Made by a program: the position numbers and the translations under genes | The notes under the pieces: model-generated | What the model was told of the DNA's origin: nothing | The model's input: the letters and a program-made list of their open reading frames with translations, nothing else | Database searches by the model: none | DNA from: Planctomycetota bacterium | GTDB taxonomy: Bacteria > Planctomycetota > UBA1135 > UBA2386 | Assembly: GCA_046290465.1 (NCBI GenBank) | Contig: JBKAGP010000001.1 | Span: 5,440,001-5,504,000, forward strand | Direction: 5' to 3' | Length of the DNA: 64,000 bases | In this document: positions 1 to 13,182 of the stretch, one piece after another | Numbering within the stretch: the first letter of the stretch is position 1 | Layout: the number at the start of each line of letters is the position of its first letter

Positions 1-195
1 GAACCAGGCCGCGTAGCCGCTGTATTCGACCGCGTAGGTGCGCAGCGCCGCGACCGGGTCGCGGAACTCGCAGCGCGAGAACCGGGTCAGGAACGGGTGG
101 TGCACGGCGGGGTGCGCGAGCGACTCCTGGACGAGGGCTTCGACTCCTTCGGGGCGCTGCAGGTCCGTTGCGGGTGCGGTGCTGATCGTGGTCAT
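1..195 (-). CDS. Partial (runs off the left edge) heme-oxygenase-like / iron-containing redox enzyme (PqqC/CADD/TenA superfamily)
   Basis: Manual translation from ATG at 195: MTTISTAPATDLQRPEGVEALVQESLAHPAVHHPFLTRFSRCEF...YAVEYSGYAAWF. HPAVHHPFL resembles the N-terminal motif of this superfamily. Not in the ORF track because it is truncated. Confidence 0.6.
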   Translation of the reverse strand, partial: MTTISTAPATDLQRPEGVEALVQESLAHPAVHHPFLTRFSRCEFRDPVAALRTYAVEYSGYAAWF

Positions 196-403
196 GGCTG
201 GCGGCTTCTGGTTTGTGGCGCCATGGGACTGGGCTTCCATGGCTCGGGGCTTCCACGCGCCGTCTCGGGGGGGAATCCGGCGACATCAGCAACTATGCGA
301 AGACCTTAAGAAGCCGCCCTTGCCACCGCTGGTTCGCGGGTGCGAAGTGCTTGTCGCGAAAGGGGTTTGGAGCAATCTCCGAAAATCGGTCGATAGTCCC
401 GGG

Positions 404-2788
404 ATGAGCCGTCCGCCCCTGCTCCCGGTTGCCCTGTTCGCGATGGTCGCGGTCGCCGGGGCCTGCCTGCTCGCTGGCTGGATCGCGCCGTTCGCCGTCG
501 CGCCCGATGGGGGCGGCGTCGCCCCTCCGAGGCTGGCGTCGGGGCCCCGGCCCGAGGCCGCGGCCGAGCCGCTGCAGCGCGCGCTCGCCCGGCCGGCGCC
601 GACGCTGGCCGGTCGCTGCGTCGACTGGGACACGGGCGCGCCGATCCCGGGCAGTGAGGTCGCCGTCGTCGGGGGCGCGTCGGCGTATTCCGACCTGGCC
701 GGCAACTGGCGCATTGAGTCCGCGGACGATGCGTGGGCGGTGCGCGTCCGCGCGGCTGCGTCCGGCTACCTGCCGGTCGCGCGCACCTTCGACCTGCCGC
801 ACCGTGCCGCGATCGAGATCCCGCTGCGCCGCGCGGGTCGGGTCGAGGGCCTGCTGCTGCACGCCGATGGCGCCGCACCGGTCGGCGCGGTCGTGCGCCT
901 CGCCTACCCGTCCGCTGCCGAGCGGAACGACGGCTGGGACGAACCGCACGCTCGGTCCGCGTCGGTCGCCGCCGACGGCACGTTCGGGTTCTTGCGCGGC
1001 GTGCCGCGCGGACCGGTGACGGTGTCGGTCGACGGCGCGGCGCCGCTCATCGGCACGGCCCGACACGTGGTCGAGGCGCACACCTTCCTCGACCTGCGCT
1101 GCCGCGCGGTCGCGATCGGCGAGGTGATCCGCGGCCTGGTGCTCGGTGCCGACGGCGCGCCGGTGCCGGACGCGCTGGTGCACGCCCGCGTCGACGGCAT
1201 GCCGATCGCCGCGGGGCGCACGGACCGCAGCGGTCGGTTCTGCCTGCTCGGCGAACGGCCGCACGACCGTCCGTGCTCCCTGACGGCGACGTGCACGCGC
1301 GGGGCACACCTGCAGGAGGGCCATCTCGACGGGGTCGCATGGGGCAGCGCCGGCGTCACGCTGCAGCTCGAGCCGGGCGGTGCCGTCGCGCTGCACGTGC
1401 ACGACGCCGCCACCGGCCAGCCAATCGAACGCTACGCGGTCCAGTGCGTGCGCGTGTCGGGCGTGCGTTCGGCCCGCGGCGGCGAGCCGCGCGCCGACGG
1501 GCGGCATCCCGGTGGCTGGTCGGCGCTCAGGGGGCTCGCGCCGGGGGACCATCGGCTGGTCGTCTGGCCCGACGATGCGCGATGGTTGCCCAACCTGCCG
1601 ACCGCGTTCGCCGTCGAGGCCGGGTCGCCGCGCGAGCTGCGCCTGGCGCTGCAGCCGGCGCGGCCGTGCCGCGTGCTGGTCGTCGACGGCGCCGACGTGC
1701 CGGTCGTCGGCGCGCGCGTGCAGCTGCTGGTGCCGGGCGAGCACGAGCTGGTGCGCGACCACCGTGACCTTTTGCGCAGCGGCGCCAGCCGCAGCCGCCT
1801 GACGGTGCGGGTCGCGACTGCGGCGACCGGCGCCGACGGCGTGGCGACGTTGCGCTGGTTCGACGATCCCGAGCCGCGCACGCTGCGCGTCGACGGCGGC
1901 GGCGTCGTGCCGTTCGAGATGACGGGCGTGCGGCTGACGCGCGATGGCGTGGTCGTGCGTGCCGCGCCTGCCGGCCTCGTCGACCTCCGGCTTCGCGGCG
2001 TGTCCGGTTGGAACGTCGTCGCGACCGGCGCCGACGGCTCGGTGTCGCCGCCGCCGTGGAGCGGCCCCTGCACGATCGGCGACGATGGCCGCGCGACGCT
2101 GCGCCTGCCGGCCGGGCGCTGGGACCTGAGCGTCACCGCGACGCACCGAGGCCGCCGCCGAACGGTCTCGCTCCGGCAAGGGCTGCGGGTCTGCGCCGGC
2201 GAGCGCGTCGCGGTCGAACGCGACCTGCGCGCCGCGATCGTGCCGGCGACCTGGACCACGCGGGTCCTGTTCGACGGGCAGCCGCTGCGCATCGTCGAAC
2301 TGGAGCGCGGCGAACGCGGCCCGGACGGCGATGTGCGCTCGGTGCACGTCGAACGCGTCGCGCTCGACGAGCATGGCCGCTTCGTCGGTGCGGCGCTGCC
2401 ACCCGGGTGCTACGCGCTGCACGCGCCGTGGACGTGCGCCGGCCAGGACGTGCGCGTGCCGTTGACGGGGTGGGTCGAGCTCGGCCCGGCCGCGCGCCGC
2501 GACGACGACGCGATCCAGGTGGCGACCGGCCGCATCGACCTCGAGCTGGCCAGCCCCGATGGCGGCGTGCCGAGCGGCGGCCTGCTGGTGCTGCGCGGCG
2601 ACCACGGCTGCACGCTGGTCGCGACGCCGGACGACCGCGGCCGGGTGCGCGCGGCGCGCGTGCCCATCGGTCGCTACCGGCTCACCTGGCGCGGCCAGGC
2701 TGCCGTCGTCGACGTCGGAGTGGTCGAGGTCGTCGAGCAGGGTGGCCGCCGGTCGGCGGCCGCGGATCGCCGCATCGTGCCGCTGTGA
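404..2788 (+). CDS. Membrane-anchored protein with repeated carboxypeptidase-regulatory-like (transthyretin-like) beta-sandwich domains
   Basis: Start chosen at ATG 404 (MSRPPLLPVALFAMVAVAGAC, hydrophobic anchor). Repeated G.V.D..G.PV.GA.V and T...G.F motifs. Confidence 0.75.
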   Translation: MSRPPLLPVALFAMVAVAGACLLAGWIAPFAVAPDGGGVAPPRLASGPRPEAAAEPLQRALARPAPTLAGRCVDWDTGAPIPGSEVAVVGGASAYSDLAGNWRIESADDAWAVRVRAAASGYLPVARTFDLPHRAAIEIPLRRAGRVEGLLLHADGAAPVGAVVRLAYPSAAERNDGWDEPHARSASVAADGTFGFLRGVPRGPVTVSVDGAAPLIGTARHVVEAHTFLDLRCRAVAIGEVIRGLVLGADGAPVPDALVHARVDGMPIAAGRTDRSGRFCLLGERPHDRPCSLTATCTRGAHLQEGHLDGVAWGSAGVTLQLEPGGAVALHVHDAATGQPIERYAVQCVRVSGVRSARGGEPRADGRHPGGWSALRGLAPGDHRLVVWPDDARWLPNLPTAFAVEAGSPRELRLALQPARPCRVLVVDGADVPVVGARVQLLVPGEHELVRDHRDLLRSGASRSRLTVRVATAATGADGVATLRWFDDPEPRTLRVDGGGVVPFEMTGVRLTRDGVVVRAAPAGLVDLRLRGVSGWNVVATGADGSVSPPPWSGPCTIGDDGRATLRLPAGRWDLSVTATHRGRRRTVSLRQGLRVCAGERVAVERDLRAAIVPATWTTRVLFDGQPLRIVELERGERGPDGDVRSVHVERVALDEHGRFVGAALPPGCYALHAPWTCAGQDVRVPLTGWVELGPAARRDDDAIQVATGRIDLELASPDGGVPSGGLLVLRGDHGCTLVATPDDRGRVRAARVPIGRYRLTWRGQAAVVDVGVVEVVEQGGRRSAAADRRIVPL

Positions 2789-3047
2789 GCCACGCGCGGC
2801 CGCGGGTCGTGCGGCGGCGATCCTGCGCAAGGGCCTAGGGGTTCTCCGCGTGCTTTAGTACGCGACACGAAGTCGCGGGCTGCGCAGCCGACGCGCGCCA
2901 ACGCCCGCTGGCAGCGGCGTTGCTGCGGTCCCGGATCGAGAACGTGAGCGCCCTGGCGAGCCTCGTCGGCGGCCCTGGCTGCGGGGCCTCACCGATATCC
3001 CAGGTCGCCGGGAGGTTCCGGCAACACCCGGGAGCAGACGCCAGACC

Positions 3048-3383
3048 TTGCACGCGCTTCGAGCCTTGACCCTGGCCTTCGTGGCCATCCTCACCTTCGC
3101 AACCAGCGCTTCGGCGCAGTCGTCGTCGCAGCCGCGACTCGACGTGCCCAAGCTGATGAACGCCGGCAAGTCGGTTTCGATCGGCTACACCAACCCCGCG
3201 ATGGCGGGGCAGACGGTGATCATCGAGGTCGACAACGGCATGCGTCGCGAGACGCAGACCGCCGTCATCGAGATCCACCTCGACGCCAAGGGACGCGGCT
3301 CCGCGACCTGGACCGTGCCGCAGTGGTTCGGCGCGAACTTCAACGCGCCCGAGGCGGCCGAGCAGCACGCGACCATCGTCTGA
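3048..3383 (+). CDS. Small secreted hypothetical protein
   Basis: TTG start, signal peptide ending ASA-Q, codon usage typical of the window, beta-rich mature part. Confidence 0.7.
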   Translation: MHALRALTLAFVAILTFATSASAQSSSQPRLDVPKLMNAGKSVSIGYTNPAMAGQTVIIEVDNGMRRETQTAVIEIHLDAKGRGSATWTVPQWFGANFNAPEAAEQHATIV

Positions 3384-3398
3384 CCGCGCGCCGTCCGG

Positions 3399-4217
3399 CT
3401 ACCGCTGCGCGAACGCGCGGATGCGCTGCAGCTGCGCCTGGTTCTGCGCCATCAGTTCTTGCGGCTCGCCGGCCGCGGCGATCGCCTTGAGCGCGCGCAC
3501 GCCGTAGACGATCTGCTCGGTCAGCTGGTCGACCGACGAGAGCCGCGCCGACAGGTCGCCGTCGGATGCGAGCGCCTGGCTGCCGAGCAGCTGGTGCTGC
3601 ATCGCGAACGACGAGATCGCAAACGGCTGGTCGTCGTCGACCGCCGCGCGGATCATCGCCAGCCCGCGCTCGGCGCCGGCGGCCATCGCCGGCTCGGCGG
3701 CGACGTCGCGCAGGATGCCGATCGACTCGATCACGTCGAAGTAGACACGGCCCTGCGCCGCGCTGCGCGCGTCGAGGTCCTGCTGCGCATCGGTCAGGAT
3801 CGCGATCGCCTCCTGGAACGGCAGGCTGGTGGTGGTGTGGCGCAGCACCAGGGCGCTGACCGCGATCGCCGTGATCGCGCCGGCGGCCAGCAGGAACTTC
3901 GGCGCCACCAGCAGCGCGGCGGCGGCCGCGAGCAGGCCGCGCCAGCTCGACAGGTCGTGCACCTTCGCCTGCGGCGCTCCGTGCCCGATGCCGGTCGCGT
4001 CGGCGACGGCGGTGACGTCGGCGACGATCGCGTCGACCATCGTGTCGGCCAGCGGCTCGGCCTCACCCTGCTCGTCCAGCTCGGCGAGCAGCTGCTCGGC
4101 GTCGGTCAGCTCGTCGGCCGACGGGGCCTGCGCCTCGTCGGAGGCCTGCTGCAGACGCTGCCAGTACTCGTCGTCGTCGATCAGGTTGCGGTCCACGTTG
4201 CTCGGATCTCGGGTCAT
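3399..4217 (-). CDS. Putative anti-sigma-like membrane protein
   Basis: Start MTRDPSNVDRN at 4217 overlaps the ECF stop (ATGA coupling). Acidic N-terminus, then a hydrophobic segment (GLLAAAAALLVAPKFLLAAGAITAIAVSALVL). Confidence 0.6.
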   Translation of the reverse strand: MTRDPSNVDRNLIDDDEYWQRLQQASDEAQAPSADELTDAEQLLAELDEQGEAEPLADTMVDAIVADVTAVADATGIGHGAPQAKVHDLSSWRGLLAAAAALLVAPKFLLAAGAITAIAVSALVLRHTTTSLPFQEAIAILTDAQQDLDARSAAQGRVYFDVIESIGILRDVAAEPAMAAGAERGLAMIRAAVDDDQPFAISSFAMQHQLLGSQALASDGDLSARLSSVDQLTEQIVYGVRALKAIAAAGEPQELMAQNQAQLQRIRAFAQR

Positions 4218-4873
4218 GCGATCTGGCTCCGTTCGCCGGTGGGTTCGAAGCCGCGTTCGCTCAGTACGCGGCGCAGCGTCTTGCGGGCGGTGTTGCGGGA
4301 CACGTAGATGGAGTTCTTCGACGTGCCGAGCTCGGCAGCCAGTTCGCCGGCGTCGGCGACGCCGCCGCAGCGCAGGTCGGCCTCGATCACGCCGCGCTGC
4401 ACGCGCGGCAGGGCGTCGATGGACTCGCGCAGCGCCAGCAGGAACGGCGACGTCGAAGCTCCGCTCGCGCCGTCGCTCGGCTGGCCGGAGGCCGGCGCCG
4501 CCCGTCGCTCGATGTCCTGGTCCAGGACCTCGGCGCTGCGGCGCTGCCGCTGGCGCAGGATCTCGTTGCCGGCGTTGCGCGCGATCGTGAAGAACCAGGC
4601 GCGCAGCGTGCCCTTGGCGGGGTCGAAGGTGTCGGCCGAACGCCACGCGCTGTAGGAGGCGGTGGAGACGGCTTCGTCGATCTCGATCTGGGTCAGCATG
4701 GTTCCGAACGTCTTCTGCAGCGCCCGCCGCACGGTCCCCCCGTGCACTTCGAGCAGGCAGCGCAGACCGGTTCCGTTCCGCTCACGGAGCTGGCGGGCGA
4801 TCACCTGGTCGTCGACGGGGGTCGTGCTGGGGTTGCTCGAGGGCATCGTCCAAGGCCGCAGGGCCTCTTCCAT
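4214..4873 (-). CDS. ECF-family RNA polymerase sigma factor
   Basis: Region 2 FDPAKGTLRAWFFTIARN; region 4 IDALPRVQR...ELAAELGTSKNSIYVSRNTARKTLR. Alternative start at 4846. Confidence 0.9.
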   Translation of the reverse strand: MEEALRPWTMPSSNPSTTPVDDQVIARQLRERNGTGLRCLLEVHGGTVRRALQKTFGTMLTQIEIDEAVSTASYSAWRSADTFDPAKGTLRAWFFTIARNAGNEILRQRQRRSAEVLDQDIERRAAPASGQPSDGASGASTSPFLLALRESIDALPRVQRGVIEADLRCGGVADAGELAAELGTSKNSIYVSRNTARKTLRRVLSERGFEPTGERSQIA

Positions 4874-5005
4874 CCGGGACTATGCAGGCACCTTAAACGC
4901 GCGCCCGAAAAACCTTCGGCGTCGCGGGCGCGCCGCCCTGGCCGACGCCGGCCGGCGTGCCCGCATTTGCGTTGCCGGCGCGCGGTCGCCACACTGCTCG
5001 TCCCG

Positions 5006-8157
<3,152 letters not shown>

Positions 8158-8161
<4 letters not shown>

Positions 8162-8709
8162 CTGCGAAGCAGCAGTTCGAACGTCTTGCGCAGGCGTTCT
8201 TGTGCCCGCAGCGACGCCTTCTGTGTGGCGGCGTAGCTGATGCACAGACGCTCGGCTTGTTCGTCGAGAGGGACCTGCTCGCTGTGCATCTGCACCAGTT
8301 CGCGATCGCGATCCGGCAGCGACGCGAGCGCGCGCGTCGCGAGCTGCAACAGCTCGCGCCGCTCGGCGAACGTGCCCGGGCCGGTGCGCGTGCTCGCCGG
8401 GAGCCGGACGCCGGTGCGGCCCTGGGAGACCGTGTAGCGCAGCACCTTGCCCGAGCGCCGCTTCAGCGACGTCCAGTAGTCGTGGCGGTCGGCCAGATGC
8501 GCGCGCGCCAGCGTGAACAGCCAGGCCACGAACTCGGGGTCGCTGCGGTACTCGAACCGGCCGCGTTGCTCGAGCGCGCGGACCTCGATGCCCTGCCGCA
8601 GATCGTCGACGCCTTCGAAGCCGAGCAGGGCGCCTGCGTGGCTTCGTACGAACGCGTTCAGGCGACTGCGGTTGCGGTCGAGCAGGGCTTCGAGGGTGGG
8701 GGGTGGCAT
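8158..8709 (-). CDS. ECF-family sigma factor associated with a Ser/Thr kinase
   Basis: DDLRQ...FEYRSDPEFVAWLFTLARAHLAD and ALASLPDRDRELV...; lies directly downstream of the kinase on the same strand. Confidence 0.85.
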
Positions 8710-8825
8710 GGTGTCATCCGACGGGCGCCGCACGGGTCGCGGTCGCGCAACGATGCGTTCGACCCTTGATGGCCGATTGCATCATAGTCGTTCGCCTCGT
8801 GCTTCCTGCCCGGTAGCGGTCGCCG

Positions 8826-11471
8826 TCACTCACGCGGCGCCCACACCAGGCGGAAGCCGGTATGCAGGCCGGCGGCTCCGGCATCGAGCGCACGTACGGC
8901 GTCGATGGCGAACGCGTCGGGGTGGCTGTCCTGCCACGATCCGCCAGCCAGCGGGCGAAGGGTCTGGCCTTCGTCGAGGAAGTCGTTGCACCACTCGGCT
9001 GCGCTGCCGGCCATGTCGAGTGCGCCGTACAGCGAGACGTCGAACGGGTACGAACGGATCGGCTCGAGGGTGGCGGTCGGGCGCGCGAATCGACCCTTGC
9101 ACCAGTGCGGCGAGAAGTAGTTTCCGAACGGATAGCGGCGGAACGACGGCGTGTTGACGGCGCCGGCGGCACGGCGCCACTCCTTGCGGGTGGGCAGGCG
9201 TGCCTCGTACGAAACGTCGAGGATGCGCAGTTCGTGGTTGCGGTTCCACCAGCGTGCGTAGCGCGCCGCGTCGTGCCAAGACACACCGACCACGGGATGG
9301 TCGTGCTCGGTCGTCGCCGGCAGTTCGTGGCTGCCGTGCTCGCGCTCCGTCCAGGGCGTGCGGCCGAGCGGCCGCGGTGGTTGCGCCAGCCGCTCTTCCG
9401 GGTCGCGCGAAGAGCTGTTGAGGAACGTCAGATACTCCCCGTTGGTCACTTCGCGTTCCTGCATGAAGACGCCCGGCCAGCGCCCGCGTGCGTCGGAGAC
9501 CCGGACGAATCCGGCAGGGGTCGTGCCGAGCGGCAGCATGCGGCCGCCGTATTCTCGGTGCAGGGCGCGTTCGGGTTCGCGGTACGGGACGACGACCGGC
9601 AGGGTCACCGTCTCGTGCTCGGGCATGCGGAGCTCGATGATGTACTCGCCGCGCTCGATCGGCAGCCGCGCGATCGGAGCCTTGCCGAGCAGGCTGGTTT
9701 CGTCGGGCCAAGGGATCCGGATCATGCGTCGGTCGCCGGCGAGGGCCTGCACTGGCTGCAGGGGTTCGTCGCGGCCGAGGTCGGCGGCTTCGACCGAACG
9801 GAACATGTGTACCTCGGCGCCAGGTGGGTCGCTGACGATGGAGATCTCGACGGCGCCCCGCATGCGGCGACGCTCGTCACCGTCGTGGTCGTGCAGCTCC
9901 GCCTGCTGCCGACAGAACGCGAACAGTGCGCGCCAGTCGAGCGAGGTGCGGTGATCCGTCCAGCGTTCGAACCAGAACCGTGCCCAGACCTCGTCGCCTT
10001 CGCGAGAGTCGGGATCGAGCTCCTCGGCGAGGTGCACCTTCTGGGCCAGCACCGCGAACAACGCATCCGTCGAACCCCAGTGCACCTCCCGGTTGATGCT
10101 GTGCCGCTGCAGGAACGCGAGCTCGTCCTCGCTCAGGAAGCGTTCGAGCCTGGCCTTCTCCAGCTGGTAGGCGCGGTCGGCGGCGATGCTGAACGCGGCG
10201 CGGCGTTCGCGGTAGGCGTTGATCTCGTCGCGCGCCTCCTGCAGCAGGTTCGCGGCCTGCTGGCGGCGATGCTGCTGGTCGCGGCGTTGCTCGATCCACT
10301 GCAGCACGACGACGAGCACGAGTGCTGCGGCCATCGCGGCGGCGGTCAGGACCGTGCCGCGGTTGCGGCGACACCATCGCGAAAGGCGACGTCCGCGGGA
10401 TGGCGGCGATGCGGCGACCGGACGCAGCTCGAGCACGGCGAGCAGGTCGCCGGCGAACGCCTGCATCGTCGCGTAGCGGTCGTCCGGCGAGGCCTCCATC
10501 GCCTTCTCCACGACCAGCGCAAGGTCGCGCGCGATGCCCGGATTGCGCTGGCGCACCGCCGGTGGTTCGCGGTGGCTCGCCTCCGCGGCGATCGACTCGA
10601 GCGTCGTGCCTTCGTATGGCAGGCAGCCGGTGAGCGCTTCGTAGAGGACCACGCCGAGCGAATAGATGTCGCTGCGGTGGTCGACTGCATCGCGTTCGCC
10701 GCGACGCTGTTCGGGCGATGCGTACTGCGGGCTCCCCGCGAACTCGATCGTGCGCGGCGGACCGTGCTCGAGCAGGTCGCGGGCGAGGCCGAAGTCGAGC
10801 AGCACCGCACGATGTTGCGGATCGATACGGATGTTCGACGGCTTGACGTCGCGATGCACGATGCCTTCGCCGTGGGCGATCTGGAGTGCCGTGGCGATCT
10901 CGTGGCACCACCGCACCGCGCGATCGACGCGCACCTGGTCGGTCGCCAGCACCTCGTCGAGGCTGCGGCCGGGCACCAGCTCCATCACCAGGAACCGTAC
11001 TCCGTGTTGCTCGCCGCTGCTGAACAGCGTGACGATGTGCGGATGCCGGAGCCGCGCCACGGCGCGTGCTTCGAGCTCGAACCGCTGGCGCGCGGTCGGC
11101 GAGCCGAGCAGGTCGCCGCGCACGACCTTGAGTGCCACGAGGCGTTGCAGCGACGGTTGTTCGGCGAGGAACACGGTGCCCATGCCGCCTTCGCCTAGCT
11201 GCTTCAGCAGGCGGAACTCCCCCAGCATCTCGCAGGGGAGGCCGTCGTCGGCCGGCAGCAGTCGTCCGTCGCCTTGCGTTCCGTCGTTTGCCCGCGCATC
11301 TCCGCCGAGCTGCTCGCAGATGCGTTCCAGCGCGGCGCGAAGCGCCGGGCCGGCGCCGTGGCGTCCGCAGAACGCCGCTGGCGGTTCGACGTCGCCGGCC
11401 AACGCACGGTCGAGCCATTGGTCGAACAGCGCGTCTTGGTCGGATGGGGGCGGCGAGGAGGACGAGGGCAT
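8826..11471 (-). CDS. Ser/Thr protein kinase with TM segment and C-terminal FGE-sulfatase (SUMF1) domain
   Basis: LGEGGMGTVF, VALK, HRDVKPSN, DFGLA, GSPQYASPEQ, SDIYSLG; TM segment VLTAAAMAAALVLVVVL; EVTNGEY, HPVVGVSWHDA, RLPT..EW, DMAGSAAEWC, GFR. Confidence 0.93.
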   Translation of the reverse strand: MPSSSSPPPSDQDALFDQWLDRALAGDVEPPAAFCGRHGAGPALRAALERICEQLGGDARANDGTQGDGRLLPADDGLPCEMLGEFRLLKQLGEGGMGTVFLAEQPSLQRLVALKVVRGDLLGSPTARQRFELEARAVARLRHPHIVTLFSSGEQHGVRFLVMELVPGRSLDEVLATDQVRVDRAVRWCHEIATALQIAHGEGIVHRDVKPSNIRIDPQHRAVLLDFGLARDLLEHGPPRTIEFAGSPQYASPEQRRGERDAVDHRSDIYSLGVVLYEALTGCLPYEGTTLESIAAEASHREPPAVRQRNPGIARDLALVVEKAMEASPDDRYATMQAFAGDLLAVLELRPVAASPPSRGRRLSRWCRRNRGTVLTAAAMAAALVLVVVLQWIEQRRDQQHRRQQAANLLQEARDEINAYRERRAAFSIAADRAYQLEKARLERFLSEDELAFLQRHSINREVHWGSTDALFAVLAQKVHLAEELDPDSREGDEVWARFWFERWTDHRTSLDWRALFAFCRQQAELHDHDGDERRRMRGAVEISIVSDPPGAEVHMFRSVEAADLGRDEPLQPVQALAGDRRMIRIPWPDETSLLGKAPIARLPIERGEYIIELRMPEHETVTLPVVVPYREPERALHREYGGRMLPLGTTPAGFVRVSDARGRWPGVFMQEREVTNGEYLTFLNSSSRDPEERLAQPPRPLGRTPWTEREHGSHELPATTEHDHPVVGVSWHDAARYARWWNRNHELRILDVSYEARLPTRKEWRRAAGAVNTPSFRRYPFGNYFSPHWCKGRFARPTATLEPIRSYPFDVSLYGALDMAGSAAEWCNDFLDEGQTLRPLAGGSWQDSHPDAFAIDAVRALDAGAAGLHTGFRLVWAPRE

Positions 11472-11564
11472 CGCGAACCAGGAATGTAGCGCAGTTCGCG
11501 GATTTCCTGTCTGCGTCCGCAGCGGCCCCCGATCCAGCACGCAGACCTACCGAGGATTCCGACC

Positions 11565-13172
11565 ATGCTCCGCATCTCCTTCGTGGCCGCCCTGCTGGCC
11601 TGTTCGGCGCTCGCCCAGAGTCGCCCCTTCAACTTCGCGACCACCAACAGCCCTGCCGCGCCGTTCGCCAGCGGCGGCTATGGCGACAACATCACGGGCA
11701 TGGGGGATGTCGATGACGACGGCTTCGAGGACTACGCGGTGGTCGCGCCCGGCGCGGCGATGCCGCTCGGCGGGCTCGACCCGTTCGGTGTGATCTACGT
11801 GCACAGCGGCCGGGACGGGGCGCTGCTGGTGACCATGCTCGGCGACCAACTCGGTGCGGATCTCGGCAAGGCGATGGTGTCGCTCGGTGACGTCAGTGGT
11901 GACGGCGTGCCGGACCTGTGTGTCGGTTCGCCGAGCCACGACTTCGCGTTCGGTAATGCTGGCCGGGTGACCATGTACTCCGGCGCCGACGGTTCGTTGC
12001 TGTGGAGCAGCGACGGCGACGGACAGGGGCTCGAGCGGGGCACCTGCCTCGCAGCGATGCCCGACATCACCGGCGATGGTGTGCCCGACGTGCTCGCCGG
12101 CGAACCTGGATACAGCGTCGGCGGCCTCGGCCGTGGCCGCGCCGTGTTCCTCAACGGTGCGACCGGTGCGACCGCCGGTGAAGCGATCGGCCCGCTGGCG
12201 CTGTCCTCCTTCGGCACGACCTCGGTCGGTTCGACCAGCCAGCTCGCCGTGTTCGTCGGCGACGCAGTCGGTCGCGTCTACATGGTGCCAGCGCCAGTGG
12301 CGGGTCTCGCCGCGCCGACGCTGTTCCGCGACAAGCCGCCCGGCAGCCACGTCGCCGCGAACCTCGCCTTGGTGCCGAAGGTCTCCGGTGGGCTTCGCGT
12401 CGCGATCGCGCTGACGTCGGCCGACGTGAACGGCAACAACTCCGGCGCGTTGTGGCTGCACGAGCTCAGCGGCTTCGAGTTGTTCGAGCATGCCGGCGCC
12501 GTTCCGATCGCGTCACTCGGCGCGTCGGTCGCCCGATGCCACGACCTCGACGGCGACGGTGAGGACGAGGTCATGGTGACACGCGGCAACGGCGGTGCGT
12601 TGCCGGCCGTCGTCGAGGTGTTGCGGCAGGACGGCTCCATCCAGGAGACCATCACGACGACCTGTGCCGGTGCGCCGACCCTGTGGTCGATCGACGACAC
12701 CACCGGCGATGGCCGTGGTGAACTGATGATGGCCTACGCATCGGGCCTGTGTGGGCTCGCCGAAGCCTGGCTGTTCGCCACCGGTCTGGAGGTCTGCGCA
12801 GCGTCGTCCCCGGCGGGTGTCACGGCGTCGAGCACGATCGACTTCGGCGCGGCCCGGGCCGGCCAGGATTACTGGCAGCTGTTCTCGATCACCGGCACCG
12901 AGCCGGGCTTCGTCGGTGCAGGCTGGCCGCTGGTGCCGCTGAACATCGACGGCATCACGACGCTGGCGGATAGCCTGTCGGGGACGCCCGTCGCGCCCGA
13001 CACCGCGGGCGTGCTGGATGCATCGGGGCGCGCGACGACGACGCTGGACGTGCCGGCGTCGGTCGCCCCGTTCCTGTCGGGGCTGCCGTTCCAGACGGTG
13101 GCGGTCGTGCTCGATGGCACCGGGCTCGAGATCGTCGCGACCACGAACCCGGCCGGTTGGGTGATGCCGTAG
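11565..13172 (+). CDS. Secreted FG-GAP (integrin-alpha-like) repeat protein
   Basis: Signal peptide ALA-Q; repeats GDVDDDGFED, GDVSGDGVPD, PDITGDGVPD, HDLDGDGEDE, DDTTGDGRGE. Confidence 0.88.
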   Translation: MLRISFVAALLACSALAQSRPFNFATTNSPAAPFASGGYGDNITGMGDVDDDGFEDYAVVAPGAAMPLGGLDPFGVIYVHSGRDGALLVTMLGDQLGADLGKAMVSLGDVSGDGVPDLCVGSPSHDFAFGNAGRVTMYSGADGSLLWSSDGDGQGLERGTCLAAMPDITGDGVPDVLAGEPGYSVGGLGRGRAVFLNGATGATAGEAIGPLALSSFGTTSVGSTSQLAVFVGDAVGRVYMVPAPVAGLAAPTLFRDKPPGSHVAANLALVPKVSGGLRVAIALTSADVNGNNSGALWLHELSGFELFEHAGAVPIASLGASVARCHDLDGDGEDEVMVTRGNGGALPAVVEVLRQDGSIQETITTTCAGAPTLWSIDDTTGDGRGELMMAYASGLCGLAEAWLFATGLEVCAASSPAGVTASSTIDFGAARAGQDYWQLFSITGTEPGFVGAGWPLVPLNIDGITTLADSLSGTPVAPDTAGVLDASGRATTTLDVPASVAPFLSGLPFQTVAVVLDGTGLEIVATTNPAGWVMP

Positions 13173-13182
13173 CGGCGAAGGC

